64,000 nucleotides of DNA from an uncultured Chloroflexia bacterium (GTDB taxonomy: Bacteria; Chloroflexota; Chloroflexia; Thermomicrobiales; UBA6265): NCBI GenBank assembly GCA_963724295.1, contig CAVRUC010000007.1:288001-352000 (forward strand), written 5' to 3'. Below are positions 17,704 through 28,068 of the stretch, piece by piece. Made by a program: the position numbers and the translations under genes. Position 1 is the stretch's first letter; each line of letters begins with the position of its first letter. The notes under the pieces were generated by a model. The model ran no database searches and was not told the origin of the DNA. It saw only the letters and a list, made by a program, of their open reading frames with translations.

Positions 17704-19136
17704 GCGTCTCGGATACGTCCCTGCTGGATCTTGGCATCCGGGCCATCGGCGACGGGTATCGGCGGCGGAAGTGGTCGCCGATCGCCATCGCCCAAGCGGC
17801 GCTCGAGCGGATCGAATCATCCGAACCCGCACTTCACGCCTGGGTGCTCGTCGACCCCGAGCAGGCGCTGGGAGCCGCCGCCCAAGCCGAGCAGGAACTC
17901 ATGAGCGGAATGGATCGCGGTCCGCTGCACGGAATCCCGATCGGCATCAAGGATATTTTCGACGTCGCCGGTTGGCCCACCCGATGTGGCTCCGCTGCTC
18001 GAGAGGACGTCGCCCCGGCGGCGGCGAACGCCTGGTCAGTGCAGACGTTGATCGACGGCGGCGCCGTGATCCTGGGTAAGACGACCACCCAGGAGTTCGC
18101 GGCCGGCACCATCAGCCCGCCGGCGCGCAATCCGTGGAACCCAGGTCGTATTCCCGGCGGCAGCTCGGGGGGATCAGCGGCGGCGGTCGCGGTTGGCGCC
18201 TGCCTGGGAGCCATGGGCTCGGACACTGGTGGCAGCATTCGCATTCCGGCGGCGGCCTGCGGCGTGACCGGTTTCAAACCCGCGTTTGGCCAGCTCGACA
18301 GTGCCGGGGTATTTCCGCTGTCGTGGTCCCTCGATACCATCGGGCCGATTGCGCGGACCGTCGATGACACCTGGCTCATGTGGAACGCATTGTCGAACGT
18401 CGACTCCGCCGCCGCTCCTGAGCCGGGATTCAATCTTGACGGCCGATCGCACCGTGTTGGTGTCCCGCGGTCGTTCTTTTATGACGCGCTGCACCCGGAC
18501 GTGCACGCGACCGTCGACGCGGCGATCGAGCGCATGCGCGACATAGGAGTGACGATTGTCGATACGCCGTGGCCGGATGCGGCAGCGGCGCGAGCGTGCG
18601 GGTTTATCATCAACCGGGTTGAGACTGCCGCGGTACACGAGCGAGTCGCGGTCGATGATCCGTCGCGCTTCTCGCGATACGGCAAGGATTTGAGGCTCCG
18701 GGTCGCGGCCGGCCGTACGGTCTCCGCCGCGCTCTACCTGAAGGCGACACGCGCTCGCGCGGTTCTCCGCGACTCGATGGCTCGCCTCTTTGCGCAGCAC
18801 GCGATCGATGCCATGCTGACGCCGACATTGCCAACGGCGGCGATCGACGCAGATCGTCTTGTCATCGAAGGCACGGGACTCGACGAATCGGTCGGCGTTG
18901 CCTGGACCCGATTGACCATGGCGTTCAACGCGACTGGGCAACCGGTGCTGGCTATTCCCTGCGGACTCGACAGCGAAGGCTTGCCGGTGGGAATTCAGAT
19001 CGCGGGAATCCCGGGGCAAGAGACGGCATTGTTCGAGACTGCCTCGTTGGTCGAACGCGCGTTGGACTTTCACCGGTCGCACACGCCCCTGGAGAAGGCC
19101 GAGGCAGGCTACCCAAGCGAAAAGGCGGTTCGATGA
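17700..19136 (+). CDS. Amidase signature family enzyme (GatA-like)
   Basis: GPLHGIPIGIKD, GKT...EFA, NPWN..RIPGGSSGGSAAAVA, GSDTGGSIRIPA; no gatB nearby. Confidence 0.92.
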   Translation: MSVSDTSLLDLGIRAIGDGYRRRKWSPIAIAQAALERIESSEPALHAWVLVDPEQALGAAAQAEQELMSGMDRGPLHGIPIGIKDIFDVAGWPTRCGSAAREDVAPAAANAWSVQTLIDGGAVILGKTTTQEFAAGTISPPARNPWNPGRIPGGSSGGSAAAVAVGACLGAMGSDTGGSIRIPAAACGVTGFKPAFGQLDSAGVFPLSWSLDTIGPIARTVDDTWLMWNALSNVDSAAAPEPGFNLDGRSHRVGVPRSFFYDALHPDVHATVDAAIERMRDIGVTIVDTPWPDAAAARACGFIINRVETAAVHERVAVDDPSRFSRYGKDLRLRVAAGRTVSAALYLKATRARAVLRDSMARLFAQHAIDAMLTPTLPTAAIDADRLVIEGTGLDESVGVAWTRLTMAFNATGQPVLAIPCGLDSEGLPVGIQIAGIPGQETALFETASLVERALDFHRSHTPLEKAEAGYPSEKAVR

Positions 19137-19360
19137 TGTCGACTCCAGACGGTATCGCCGCCCGCGGCGGCCAGGCCCGTACCAATCTCGTCGTTGCCCT
19201 TCGCGAGTGTTGCGATCTGGCCGACGCCGTCGAATCGCTCGAAGGGCCAGAGCTCCTCGAAGTCCTGGTCTACCTGGACAGCCTGCGCTTCGTCATGGCG
19301 GAGTCCGGCCAGTTGCTGCAGGGGGTCGTGAGGGGTTTCGGGAACGACGAGCCGGTTTGA
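19133..19360 (+). CDS. Hypothetical helical protein
   Basis: 75 aa, overlaps the amidase stop, GC3-biased codons. Confidence 0.55.
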   Translation: MMSTPDGIAARGGQARTNLVVALRECCDLADAVESLEGPELLEVLVYLDSLRFVMAESGQLLQGVVRGFGNDEPV

Positions 19361-19391
19361 TCTCTAGGGATATGTAGTGCATGGCCTGCCG

Positions 19392-20267
19392 CTACGCGTG
19401 GCGGCTGTCGTTGGCCTGGCTGGCGTCATGTCCGAGCAGATCCAGCCAGAGCAAGCGGGCGGCCCAGCCCCGGTACGGTTTCCACCGTTCTGCCACCCGA
19501 TCGAGATCGTTGAGATTCGAGATCTCCGGATAATGCACACGCGCGGCGCGCAGGAGTGCCACATCCCGGGTGGGATGCGCGTCGGGGACCGCGACTCCCC
19601 ACAGGAGCGCCGATTGCATGGTCCATGGTCCAATTCCGGAGATGGCAGCCAACCGTTCCATGTCCACGACTGGATCGCCGTTGGAGGCCGAAGATCTCGA
19701 TTCAGCGAAGAGCGCGCCAACCGCAACAAGAGCCTCGGCTCGCTTCGTGGTCACGCCCGACTCCCGGACGAACGCCGCGCTGCTGGATGCCAGCTGCTCG
19801 GGCAGCGGCGGCGGCCAGAACCGGCGGCCGTCGAGATCTATGCCCTCATTGAAGCGCTCGCACAGCCGCCTCTCGGTCGTAGCGGCCGCTGCCACACTGA
19901 TGCTCTGACCGACAATCGACGACACCACACCCTCGAACAGCGACCCCGCTGACCATGGCCGCAACCCGGCGTGCGCGTTAGCCAACGCCGCCAGCACGGG
20001 GTCGTCGAAGCGCGGCATCGCGGCGTTTGTCCCCAGCACGGCCGTTGCCCATCGAGCGTCGAGGTCATTGTGACGAGAGCCGGCGATTTCCAGCGTCCGG
20101 GCATCGAGCTGCCGTACTGATCGCCAGGCGATCTCTCCCGCATCCCAGCCGACCCAGACGAACGCGCCGTTTCGCCAGTCGACGTTTGGCCACCGTCCTC
20201 TCGCCCACCATGCCGGCGCGGTAGTCCGGGCCAGGTCGAACGGCGGCGGCACGGCAAGGTGGCTCAT
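19392..20267 (-). CDS. AlkA-like HhH-GPD DNA glycosylase
   Basis: FE..V..IVGQ.IS..AA, L.AISGIGPWT helix-hairpin-helix, P..D..L, AERWKPYRG.A. Confidence 0.8.
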   Translation of the reverse strand: MSHLAVPPPFDLARTTAPAWWARGRWPNVDWRNGAFVWVGWDAGEIAWRSVRQLDARTLEIAGSRHNDLDARWATAVLGTNAAMPRFDDPVLAALANAHAGLRPWSAGSLFEGVVSSIVGQSISVAAAATTERRLCERFNEGIDLDGRRFWPPPLPEQLASSSAAFVRESGVTTKRAEALVAVGALFAESRSSASNGDPVVDMERLAAISGIGPWTMQSALLWGVAVPDAHPTRDVALLRAARVHYPEISNLNDLDRVAERWKPYRGWAARLLWLDLLGHDASQANDSRHA

Positions 20268-20336
20268 AGCCTGGCAATCGTAGCGCCGCGGCTCGGAACA
20301 CGGTATCCTATTTCTTGATGAAGAACTCAGAATTGT

Positions 20337-20366
20337 CGGTCAGGGTGCCTGACCGTTCAGTTTTTT
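20337..20366 (+). terminator. Hairpin plus U-rich tract in the leader of the cysteine synthase operon
   Basis: CGGTCAGG-GTG-CCTGACCG followed by TTCAGTTTTTT. Confidence 0.4.
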
Positions 20367-20383
20367 CGGAACCGAGCCCGCCC

Positions 20384-21354
20384 ATGATGAAACCCGCAGC
20401 GACCGCACCAACCGCGAAACTCGCCGCACTGGACGACGCTGCGGTGGTTCGATCGATCGGCAACACGCCGCTCGTTCGGCTGCACCGCTTCGAGCGGCAC
20501 CTGGGTTTGCCTGATTCGATCGAGATTCACCTCAAGACCGAATGGGTGAATCCCGGCGGGTCAATCAAGGATCGCACTGCGCTTTCGATCATCCAGTCCG
20601 CGCTGGCAGCTGGCGACCTCGGTTCGGGCCGGACACTGGTTGATGCCACGTCCGGAAACACCGGCATCGCTTACGCCATGCTTGGCGCCGCGCTGGAGAT
20701 CCCGGTGACGCTGGTTGTGCCGGAGAGTGCCTCGGACGAGCGGAAGAGAACGCTTGCCGCTTACGGCGCGACCGTAGTCTACAGCGACCCGTACGAAGGG
20801 TCGGATGGCGCGATCCGGCTGGTGCGCGAATTGGTGGCAAACGGCTCAGGCCAATTCTTCTATGCAGACCAGTACAACAACCCGGCCAACACGGCCGCCC
20901 ACTTTGCGTCGACCGGGCCGGAGATCTGGGCGCAGACGAGCAGGCAGACTGACCCATTTCGTGGCGGCTCTGGGGACCACGGGCACCCTGATGGGAGCCG
21001 GCCAATATCTGCGCAGCGCTCGCTCCCGTACAGCTGATCGGCGTTCAACCGGCGGAAGCCTTTCACGGCATCGAAGGGCTCAAGCACTTGCCGACCGCGA
21101 TTGTGCCCGGGATCTTCGATCCATCGGTGCCCGACCGGATCGAAGGAATCGACACCGACGAGGCATTCGATGCCGCGCGAGCGCTCGCTCGCGTCGAGGG
21201 GTATTTCGCCGGCAGCTCGACAGGCGCCAACCTGGCCGCGGCGGCGCGGCTTGGCTCCGAGCTAGCATCCGAAGGTCGATCCGCCCGCATCGTCGTTATC
21301 GGCTGCGACGGCGGATCGCGCTACCTAACGACCGGGCTCTGGGATCTCCATTAG
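20384..21354 (+). CDS. cysM: PLP-dependent cysteine synthase (CysM-like), two +1 frameshifts near 20939 and 21028
   Basis: IGNTPLV, K.E..NPGGSIKDR, ATSGNTGI, QYNNP.N...H...TGPEI; then THFVA.LGTTGTLMG; then QP....HGIEGLK, G.S.GAN, D.G.RYL. Confidence 0.85.
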
Positions 21355-21361
21355 CGTTCGC

Positions 21362-21676
21362 TTGAGTGGGAGTCATATCGTGCAGAACGACGCGGGAATC
21401 ACCGTGCTCATCCCGACACCGTTGCGTCGATTCACTGGCGGAGAGTCCAAGGTGAACGTGGCCGGATCCAGCGTCGGGGAGGTCCTGGACGCGCTCGACG
21501 CCGCCCATCCTGGTATTGGCGAGCGACTGCGGGACGAATCCGGGCAGCTGCGACGGTTCGTGAATGTCTTTGTCAACGGTCGGAACGTCCGCGACGGCGA
21601 AGGCGTCAATACCCGCCTCTCGGCCGGCGACGAAGTCGGCATCATTCCGGCGATGGCCGGTGGCGCCAGCGATTGA
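21362..21676 (+). CDS. MoaD/ThiS/CysO-family ubiquitin-like sulfur carrier
   Basis: V.IPTPLR..TGG, LRRFVNVFVNG, GDEV.IIPAMAGG followed by a 3-residue extension ASD; start could be GTG at 21380. Confidence 0.9.
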   Translation: MSGSHIVQNDAGITVLIPTPLRRFTGGESKVNVAGSSVGEVLDALDAAHPGIGERLRDESGQLRRFVNVFVNGRNVRDGEGVNTRLSAGDEVGIIPAMAGGASD

Positions 21677-22107
21677 GCGCTGGCGGATCTCCGACGTCGG
21701 CTGCGGAGCGATTTCAGCTTCCAACCGACATGCGCGCGGCGATCATCGATCACGCGATGCGGGAGGCTCCGCGGGAGTGCTGCGGAATCATCGCCGGTCG
21801 TGATGGCGTGCCGGTGCGGCTTTACGAGACCAGCAATGTTGCCGCCGGTAACCGGCTCTATGAGATCGACCCGGCACAGTTGATCGACCTCGAGTTCCGC
21901 GAGCTGCCGGCACAAGAGTTAGAGCTCGTGGCCATCTATCACTCGCACCCGGATTCGCCCGCGTATCCATCAGCTACTGACGTCGAGCTGGCCTTCTGGC
22001 CGGATGCGGTATTCCTGATCTGTTCGCTCGCCGATCGGGATCGGCCCGAGATTCACGGTTTCCGCATTCGCGACGGCGCGATTGAAGAGGTCACACTTTC
22101 CTCGTAG
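21673..22107 (+). CDS. JAB/MPN+ (M67) metallopeptidase, Mec-like
   Basis: P.ECCG, YHSHP...AYPS.TD JAMM motif. Confidence 0.92.
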   Translation: MSAGGSPTSAAERFQLPTDMRAAIIDHAMREAPRECCGIIAGRDGVPVRLYETSNVAAGNRLYEIDPAQLIDLEFRELPAQELELVAIYHSHPDSPAYPSATDVELAFWPDAVFLICSLADRDRPEIHGFRIRDGAIEEVTLSS

Positions 22108-22162
22108 AGTTCCCGATGCCGATTCCATTCCCGCGTTTCTCTCACGCCGTACACTTGCCACT

Positions 22163-24004
22163 ATGAGCCCAGCCACACGGCCTGACTTTTCGCGAAGACT
22201 TCGAGCGCTGGCCGCTGCCCCCGGCGTCTATTTGATGCGCGACGGGCACGGCAACGTGATCTACGTCGGCAAGGCGATGCGCCTGCGCGATCGAGTGCGC
22301 TCCTACTTCCAGTCGACACGACATGGAGACGCCAAGACCCGCGAGCTGGTGCGGCATATCGCCGATTTCGACGTCATCCGCACCGACACCGCCACCGAAG
22401 CGTTGATCCTCGAAAATGAGCTGATCAAGCGCTATCAACCCAGGTACAACGTCATGCTGAAGGACAGCAAGACGTATCCGTACCTCAAGATCACCAACGA
22501 GGAGTGGCCCCGCATCATCTCCACTCGCCGCATCGTCGACGACGGTGGCCGCTATTTCGGTCCGTACACGTCCGCGGGTTCGGCCTACCGCACCCTCAAC
22601 TTGCTCAACCGGCTCTTTCCGTATCGAAAGTGCGACAAGCGCATTACGGGTAATGAAGAGGTCTGTCTCTACTACCACTTGCATCAGTGCACCGCGCCCT
22701 GCATCGCGCTGGTCGATCGCGCGACGTATATGCAGGCCGTCGATGGCGCGGCCATGTTTCTCAACGGCCAAGCGGACGAGATCTTGCGATCACTCGAGGA
22801 GGAGATGGCGCAAGCCGCGGACGCGTGGAATTTCGAACGAGCGGGTGAGCTCCGCGATCGGATCACGGCGATCAACCATGTGCTCGAGCGGCAGAAGATC
22901 GTCGGATCCGATCATCAGAACGCGGATGTCGTGGCCGTCGCCAAGGGTGAGGGCGGAGATGCCGGCGTGCAGGTTGGATTCCTGCGCGGCGGACGAATGC
23001 TGGGCTCAGAGTTTTTCCCAATGCAGGCGCGCCTGGAAGACGCCCCCAGCGAGATCCTTTCCAGTTTTGTCAGCCAGTTCTACGCGGACGCCGCGGTGGT
23101 CCCGGCGTCGCTCATGCTCGGGCACGAGCTTCCCACCGGGGAAGCCGAGTTGCTCGCGAGCTGGCTCGCGGAGCGGCGTGGGGGCGCAGTCTCGATCACG
23201 GTGCCGAAGCGCGGTCGCAAACGCGAGCTGGTGGCGATGGTGGCAAAGAGCGCCGAAGAAAATCTGGAACAGAGCCGCTTGAAGTTTCTCTCTGACGAGC
23301 AGCGGATGACGGCCGCTATGACGGAGTTGGCCGCCGCTCTCGATCTGCCCCGGCTTCCCCGCCGCATTGAGTGCTTTGACATCTCGAACCTGCATGGCAC
23401 CAACCCGGTGGCAAGCATGATCGTGTTCCAGGACGGGCGCCCAGCGAAGAAGGAGTACCGTCGCTTTTCGATCAAGACCGTGGAAGGCAGTAACGACTTC
23501 GCGATGATGCGCGAGGTCATCTCGCGCAGGTTCCGGCGTGCAGCCGAAGCTGACGAGAGTCCGGACGGGAAATGGAGCGTGGTGCCGGATCTGGTCATCG
23601 TCGACGGTGGGAAGGGACAACTCAGCGCGTCGGTCGCGGGGCTGCAGGACGCCGGCTGGACCGAGCAACCGATCGTGGCGCTGGCGAAGGAAAATGAGGA
23701 GCTGTTCGTCCCCGGTAACCCCGCCTCGATCATCTTGCCCAGAGACTCGCAGGCGCTGTTTCTGGTGCAGCGGGTGCGCGACGAAGCGCATCGGTTCGCC
23801 GTCTCATTTCACCGGCAGAAACGGAGCAAGACCACGTTCCAATCGCGGCTGGACGAGATACCGGGCGTCGGTCCGAAGCGCAAGCAAGCGCTGCTTCGCC
23901 ATTTTGGATCGCTCAAGGGTATTCAGGAGGCGCCCACAGAGGAATTGCTTGCCGTACCAGGCATCAGCCGCAGCGTCGCGGAGCAGATCAAGGCCGCGCT
24001 GTGA
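22163..24004 (+). CDS. uvrC: Excinuclease ABC subunit C
   Basis: PGVYLM..VIYVGKA..LR.RV.SYF, P.YNV.LKD.K.YPY, RIECFDIS, DGGKGQL, RDEAHRFA, C-terminal HhH. Confidence 0.97.
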   Translation: MSPATRPDFSRRLRALAAAPGVYLMRDGHGNVIYVGKAMRLRDRVRSYFQSTRHGDAKTRELVRHIADFDVIRTDTATEALILENELIKRYQPRYNVMLKDSKTYPYLKITNEEWPRIISTRRIVDDGGRYFGPYTSAGSAYRTLNLLNRLFPYRKCDKRITGNEEVCLYYHLHQCTAPCIALVDRATYMQAVDGAAMFLNGQADEILRSLEEEMAQAADAWNFERAGELRDRITAINHVLERQKIVGSDHQNADVVAVAKGEGGDAGVQVGFLRGGRMLGSEFFPMQARLEDAPSEILSSFVSQFYADAAVVPASLMLGHELPTGEAELLASWLAERRGGAVSITVPKRGRKRELVAMVAKSAEENLEQSRLKFLSDEQRMTAAMTELAAALDLPRLPRRIECFDISNLHGTNPVASMIVFQDGRPAKKEYRRFSIKTVEGSNDFAMMREVISRRFRRAAEADESPDGKWSVVPDLVIVDGGKGQLSASVAGLQDAGWTEQPIVALAKENEELFVPGNPASIILPRDSQALFLVQRVRDEAHRFAVSFHRQKRSKTTFQSRLDEIPGVGPKRKQALLRHFGSLKGIQEAPTEELLAVPGISRSVAEQIKAAL

Positions 24005-24687
24005 GCTCGCCAGCGGTTCACATTGCGGCGGCAGCCGAGACTGGCTCTGGAGTCAACGCGGACGTGGTTCGTCGTGCTGCTCGCGCGCTGCGCGACGGAC
24101 AGGTCATCGCCATTCCGACCGATACCGTCTATGGACTGGCCGCGGCAATCGATCGGCCGGATGCGATCGAACGGCTCTACGCCATCAAGGGAAGGCCGGC
24201 CGAGAAGGCCATCCCCGTTTTGATCGCCGATCCAGCACACGTCAACAAGTTAACGCCTGGCCTCTCCGCAACAGCGGTACGGTTGGCACGAGACTTCTGG
24301 CCGGGAGCGCTGACGTTGGTCGTACCGGCGCTCCCGGGGTTGCCACCGCGTGTCACGACGCTCACCAGCGACGGGACCATGACCGTTGCGGTCAGAGTGC
24401 CGGACAACCTGGTGGCGCGCGCGATCATCGCGGCGGCCGGAGGCGCGCTGGCGGTAACCTCGGCCAACCGTTCCGGTGCGGCGCCCGCGGTCGAAGCGCG
24501 CGAAGTGCGGGAGTTGGGGCTGCCCGGATCCCTTCTCGTCATTGACGGTGGACGGACGCCAGGCGGCATGGCATCGACAATCGTCGCCGCCACGACCGAA
24601 AGCCCTGAGGTCCTGCGGGAAGGCGCGATCCCGATATCCGCTATTGACCGCGGCTCTGTCGGACAAGGACCTGATCGCCGAGGATAG
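24001..24687 (+). CDS. tsaC: Threonylcarbamoyl-AMP synthase (TsaC/Sua5); true end possibly 24760 via a frameshift near 24646
   Basis: PTDTVYGL, KGRP..K, FWPGALT, VAVRVP, TSANRSG, STIV, LREG.I. Confidence 0.92.
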   Translation: MSSPAVHIAAAAETGSGVNADVVRRAARALRDGQVIAIPTDTVYGLAAAIDRPDAIERLYAIKGRPAEKAIPVLIADPAHVNKLTPGLSATAVRLARDFWPGALTLVVPALPGLPPRVTTLTSDGTMTVAVRVPDNLVARAIIAAAGGALAVTSANRSGAAPAVEAREVRELGLPGSLLVIDGGRTPGGMASTIVAATTESPEVLREGAIPISAIDRGSVGQGPDRRG

Positions 24688-24756
24688 GGCCACGGCAGGG
24701 TATGATCAGGAGATGATGCGACAGCACGCTGGCTACGACTCGCCGGAAACGACGTC

Positions 24757-25767
24757 ATGAAACCGAGACTCAGTTTCGGTCGGCGGCAGGACACCGCTCA
24801 CGCTACCCAGCCAGAGGCAGCCGGAGGCGACGTCGAGGTGGAATTGCGCGACGACGCCGAGGACCATTCGCCGCTGGTCGAATCGACACGCCCCTCAAAC
24901 GAGGCTCCCATCCGCCCCGATCTCGGTCCACCCGCTCCAGGACCCCAATCTGCCCATCAGCCGGGGTCAGGTCTGGGTTTGGTCGTCAGCATCGCGATTT
25001 CCGCGATCGTCTTCGTCCTGGCCATCTATGCCACGGGAAGCCCCACCACGAATCCGCTGCCCCTGGCACAAACGACCAACGCCCTCTTCTGGACCGTCGC
25101 GGTCGTAGCCACGGTCGCCGCGGGAGTGGGCGCCCTGTTCGCCGACCGCAGCGCATCGAGGTCGGATGACAGCCCGCATGACGGGTCGCCGAGCGTCAAC
25201 ATGGTGTGGATCGTTCCGGTGGTCTCGACCGCGGCAGCTGTTCTGCTGGTCGCCACGTTCCACAATACGACCATGATCGTCGCCGGGCCGTTGATCGCGT
25301 TCCTCGGCAACGCCGGGTCCTTGCTATCCCGCGACCTGCTCGACGATGCGGACGACTCGGCGCAGAGGACCGCGATCACGATTCAGGCTCTGGTGATCCA
25401 TTCGGTCGCGTTTCTCGCCTTGAGCGCCATCTACCTGAACAAGCTGCCGACCCCGATCACGGCTTTACTGGCGGGCGGCATCAGCGCGCTTCTCGCGGTC
25501 GAGGCGTTCGACCGCTCACCGATTGACAGAGGCAGAAAGCTGATCCTGGCGATTCTTGCCGGAGCGGCCGTTGCGGCGGCGGTGGCGCCATTGATGTGGT
25601 GGCCGACTCATGGTTGGACCGGTGGGGCGGTCCTGTTCGTCGTCTTCTACTGCGCGGTGGGCACGATCCAGACGACGCTCGAGCGGGGAGAGCTCCGGCT
25701 CCGCGACGCCATCGAGTATGGTCTCGTCCCGTTCGGCGCCTTCTTGGTGCTGGCGATCACCGCATGA
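24757..25767 (+). CDS. Polytopic membrane protein of unknown function
   Basis: Disordered N-terminus followed by about 9-10 hydrophobic segments; in operon context. Confidence 0.7.
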   Translation: MKPRLSFGRRQDTAHATQPEAAGGDVEVELRDDAEDHSPLVESTRPSNEAPIRPDLGPPAPGPQSAHQPGSGLGLVVSIAISAIVFVLAIYATGSPTTNPLPLAQTTNALFWTVAVVATVAAGVGALFADRSASRSDDSPHDGSPSVNMVWIVPVVSTAAAVLLVATFHNTTMIVAGPLIAFLGNAGSLLSRDLLDDADDSAQRTAITIQALVIHSVAFLALSAIYLNKLPTPITALLAGGISALLAVEAFDRSPIDRGRKLILAILAGAAVAAAVAPLMWWPTHGWTGGAVLFVVFYCAVGTIQTTLERGELRLRDAIEYGLVPFGAFLVLAITA

Positions 25768-25949
25768 GCGACTCGCCGAAGGCAGGCGACGATTCCGCAG
25801 GAGACGGATCCTCCGTCCACCAATTGCTCTTGCGGCTCGATCTGGCAACTGAGGTTCTCGAGGGACTCGACGAGCTGGGGCTGAACACGAGGGCAGAGGT
25901 CGAGGAGCTCCTCACTCGACTCGAGCGCCAGATCGCCGACTCGGGCTGA
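25764..25949 (+). CDS. Small acidic hypothetical protein
   Basis: ATGA overlap; amphipathic LEGLDELGL.TRAEVEELL..LE. Confidence 0.6.
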   Translation: MSDSPKAGDDSAGDGSSVHQLLLRLDLATEVLEGLDELGLNTRAEVEELLTRLERQIADSG

Positions 25950-25977
25950 ATGATACGTTTCTCACAACGAGGTCGCC

Positions 25978-27336
25978 GTGGACCTGTTTGAAGCCAATCG
26001 TCGCGCCACCCTCGGGCAAGCGGCGCCGCTTTCCGCGCGCATGCGGCCGCGCAACCTGGAGGAGGTTGTCGGTCACGAGGATGTCATCGGCGCGGGCACA
26101 TTGCTGCGGCAGGCAATCGAGCGGGACCAGCTCATCTCACTGGTGCTCTGGGGGCCCCCGGGTTCCGGCAAGACTACTATTGCCAGACTCATCGCCAACG
26201 AAACACGCGCCCATTTTGTCGCCATCAGCGCGGTCTCATCCGGAGTGGCCGAGCTTCGCTCGATCGTGCGCGAGGCGGCGGAGCGGCTTGGCATGCACAG
26301 CCAACGGACGATCCTGTTCATCGACGAGATTCATCGCTTCAACAAGGCCCAGCAAGACGCCATCCTGCCTCATGTCGAAGAGGGCACGGTCATACTGATC
26401 GGAGCGACCACCGAGAATCCGTCGTTCGAGGTCAACGCACCCCTTCTCTCCCGCTCCCGGGTCGTGGTTCTCGCAGCGCTGGACGACAGCGACATCGAGA
26501 CGATCGTCACCCGTGCGCTGAACGACGAGGAACGAGGGCTCGGCAGCCGGCGCCTGAACCTGTCGGAGGAGGCGCGATCGCTGCTGGTCAATCTGGCCAA
26601 CGGCGACGCCCGGTTCGCGTTGAACACGCTCGAATTCGCCGCCGCGGGGTTGGACGTCGAGGGTACGATCGACGCCGAGCGCGTGCTGCAGGCGGCGCAG
26701 CGGCGTGCGGCCGCATACGACAAATCGGGCGAAGCGCACTATGACGCCATTTCGGCGCTGCACAAGACGTTGCGTGGTTCCGATCCTGACGCCGCGCTCT
26801 ACTGGTTGGCGAGGATGCTGGAGCGAGGCGACGACCCGCTCTACGTGGTGCGTCGCCTCGTGCGATTTGCGACCGAGGACGTTGGCCTGGCCGACCCCCA
26901 GGCTCTTCCCCTGGCTATTGCCGCGCAACAGGCAGTCCACTTTCTGGGCATGCCCGAAGGTGCGCTAGCCCTGGCGGAATTGACGGTCTATCTGGCATTG
27001 GCGCCGAAGAGCAATGCCATCTATCGCGCCTATGGCGGCGCATCGGCCGATGTGGCGGCGACGCGCAACGATCCGGTACCGATCCACCTCCGCAACGCCC
27101 CGACACGGCTCATGAAGGAGCTGGGCTACGGGCGCGGCTATCGGTATGCCCACGACTTTGAGGATGGCATCGTGGCCCAGCAGAACCTCCCCGACAATCT
27201 GCGGGGGGCGACCTATTACGAGCCGACCGAGCGAGGATTCGAAGCTGAGCTGGGCCACCGGCTGCGACGCATTCGCGAGGTCTATGCGGCACCGCGTCCG
27301 GAGCCGGCGACCAAGACGGAGGGCAGGTCCGAGTGA
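25978..27336 (+). CDS. rarA: Replication-associated recombination protein A (MgsA)
   Basis: [66 protein letters not shown]. Confidence 0.97.
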   Translation: MDLFEANRRATLGQAAPLSARMRPRNLEEVVGHEDVIGAGTLLRQAIERDQLISLVLWGPPGSGKTTIARLIANETRAHFVAISAVSSGVAELRSIVREAAERLGMHSQRTILFIDEIHRFNKAQQDAILPHVEEGTVILIGATTENPSFEVNAPLLSRSRVVVLAALDDSDIETIVTRALNDEERGLGSRRLNLSEEARSLLVNLANGDARFALNTLEFAAAGLDVEGTIDAERVLQAAQRRAAAYDKSGEAHYDAISALHKTLRGSDPDAALYWLARMLERGDDPLYVVRRLVRFATEDVGLADPQALPLAIAAQQAVHFLGMPEGALALAELTVYLALAPKSNAIYRAYGGASADVAATRNDPVPIHLRNAPTRLMKELGYGRGYRYAHDFEDGIVAQQNLPDNLRGATYYEPTERGFEAELGHRLRRIREVYAAPRPEPATKTEGRSE

Positions 27337-28064
27337 GCCGCGCGAGTGGACGAGCCCCTGATGAGTTACGGACGCTGCAAATCATCCCGAACACCATGCC
27401 GTTCGCCGAGGGATCAGCCTCGATTCGCCTCGGCGACACTCATGTCTTGTGCGCCGCGACCGTTGACGAGCGCGTGCCGCCCTGGATGCGGGGCCAAGGC
27501 AAGGGGTGGGTAACGGCTGAGTACTCGATGCTGCCCCGCTCCACGAAAGAGCGGACGCCGCGCGAAGCCGTCAGCGGAAAGCAGGGGGGTCGAACTGTCG
27601 AGATTCAGCGTCTCATTGGACGATCGCTGCGGGCCGGTGTCGACCTGAAGCTGCTGGGAGAGCGTCAGGTCATCGTCGATTGCGACGTCGTCCGCGCCGA
27701 CGGAGGAACGCGCTGCGCCGCGATCACGGGCGGATATGTCGCGTTGGCGATCGCCATCAACGCCCTCCGCCGGCAAGGACGATTGAATCGAGATCCGCTG
27801 ACGGCGGCGATCGCCGCCGTCAGTGTCGGCATCGTGCGCGGCGTGCCGGTTCTCGATCTCGATTACGTCGAGGACAGCGGCGCCGCGGTCGACTGCAATA
27901 TCGTCGGCACGGGTGATGGCGCGTTCGTCGAGATCCAGGCCACCGCCGAAGGGAAGCCATTCGACCGGCGGAATTTCGGCGAACTGCTGGATCTGGCGAA
28001 TCTCGGTCTGGCGGCGCTCTTTGCGGCTCAGCGTGATGCCGTCCGTGCCGCTAACCCATCCTGA
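27333..28064 (+). CDS. rph: Ribonuclease PH
   Basis: [48 protein letters not shown]. Confidence 0.97.
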   Translation: MSRASGRAPDELRTLQIIPNTMPFAEGSASIRLGDTHVLCAATVDERVPPWMRGQGKGWVTAEYSMLPRSTKERTPREAVSGKQGGRTVEIQRLIGRSLRAGVDLKLLGERQVIVDCDVVRADGGTRCAAITGGYVALAIAINALRRQGRLNRDPLTAAIAAVSVGIVRGVPVLDLDYVEDSGAAVDCNIVGTGDGAFVEIQATAEGKPFDRRNFGELLDLANLGLAALFAAQRDAVRAANPS

Positions 28065-28068
28065 TCGC

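Noticed and set aside
17700..19136. gatA of a gatCAB operon
   Set aside because: No gatB adjacent and the sequence lacks GatA-specific segments; called a generic amidase.
21030..21040. Selenocysteine TGA in cysM
   Set aside because: The TGA lies in an already shifted frame; the homologous sequence continues in another frame.
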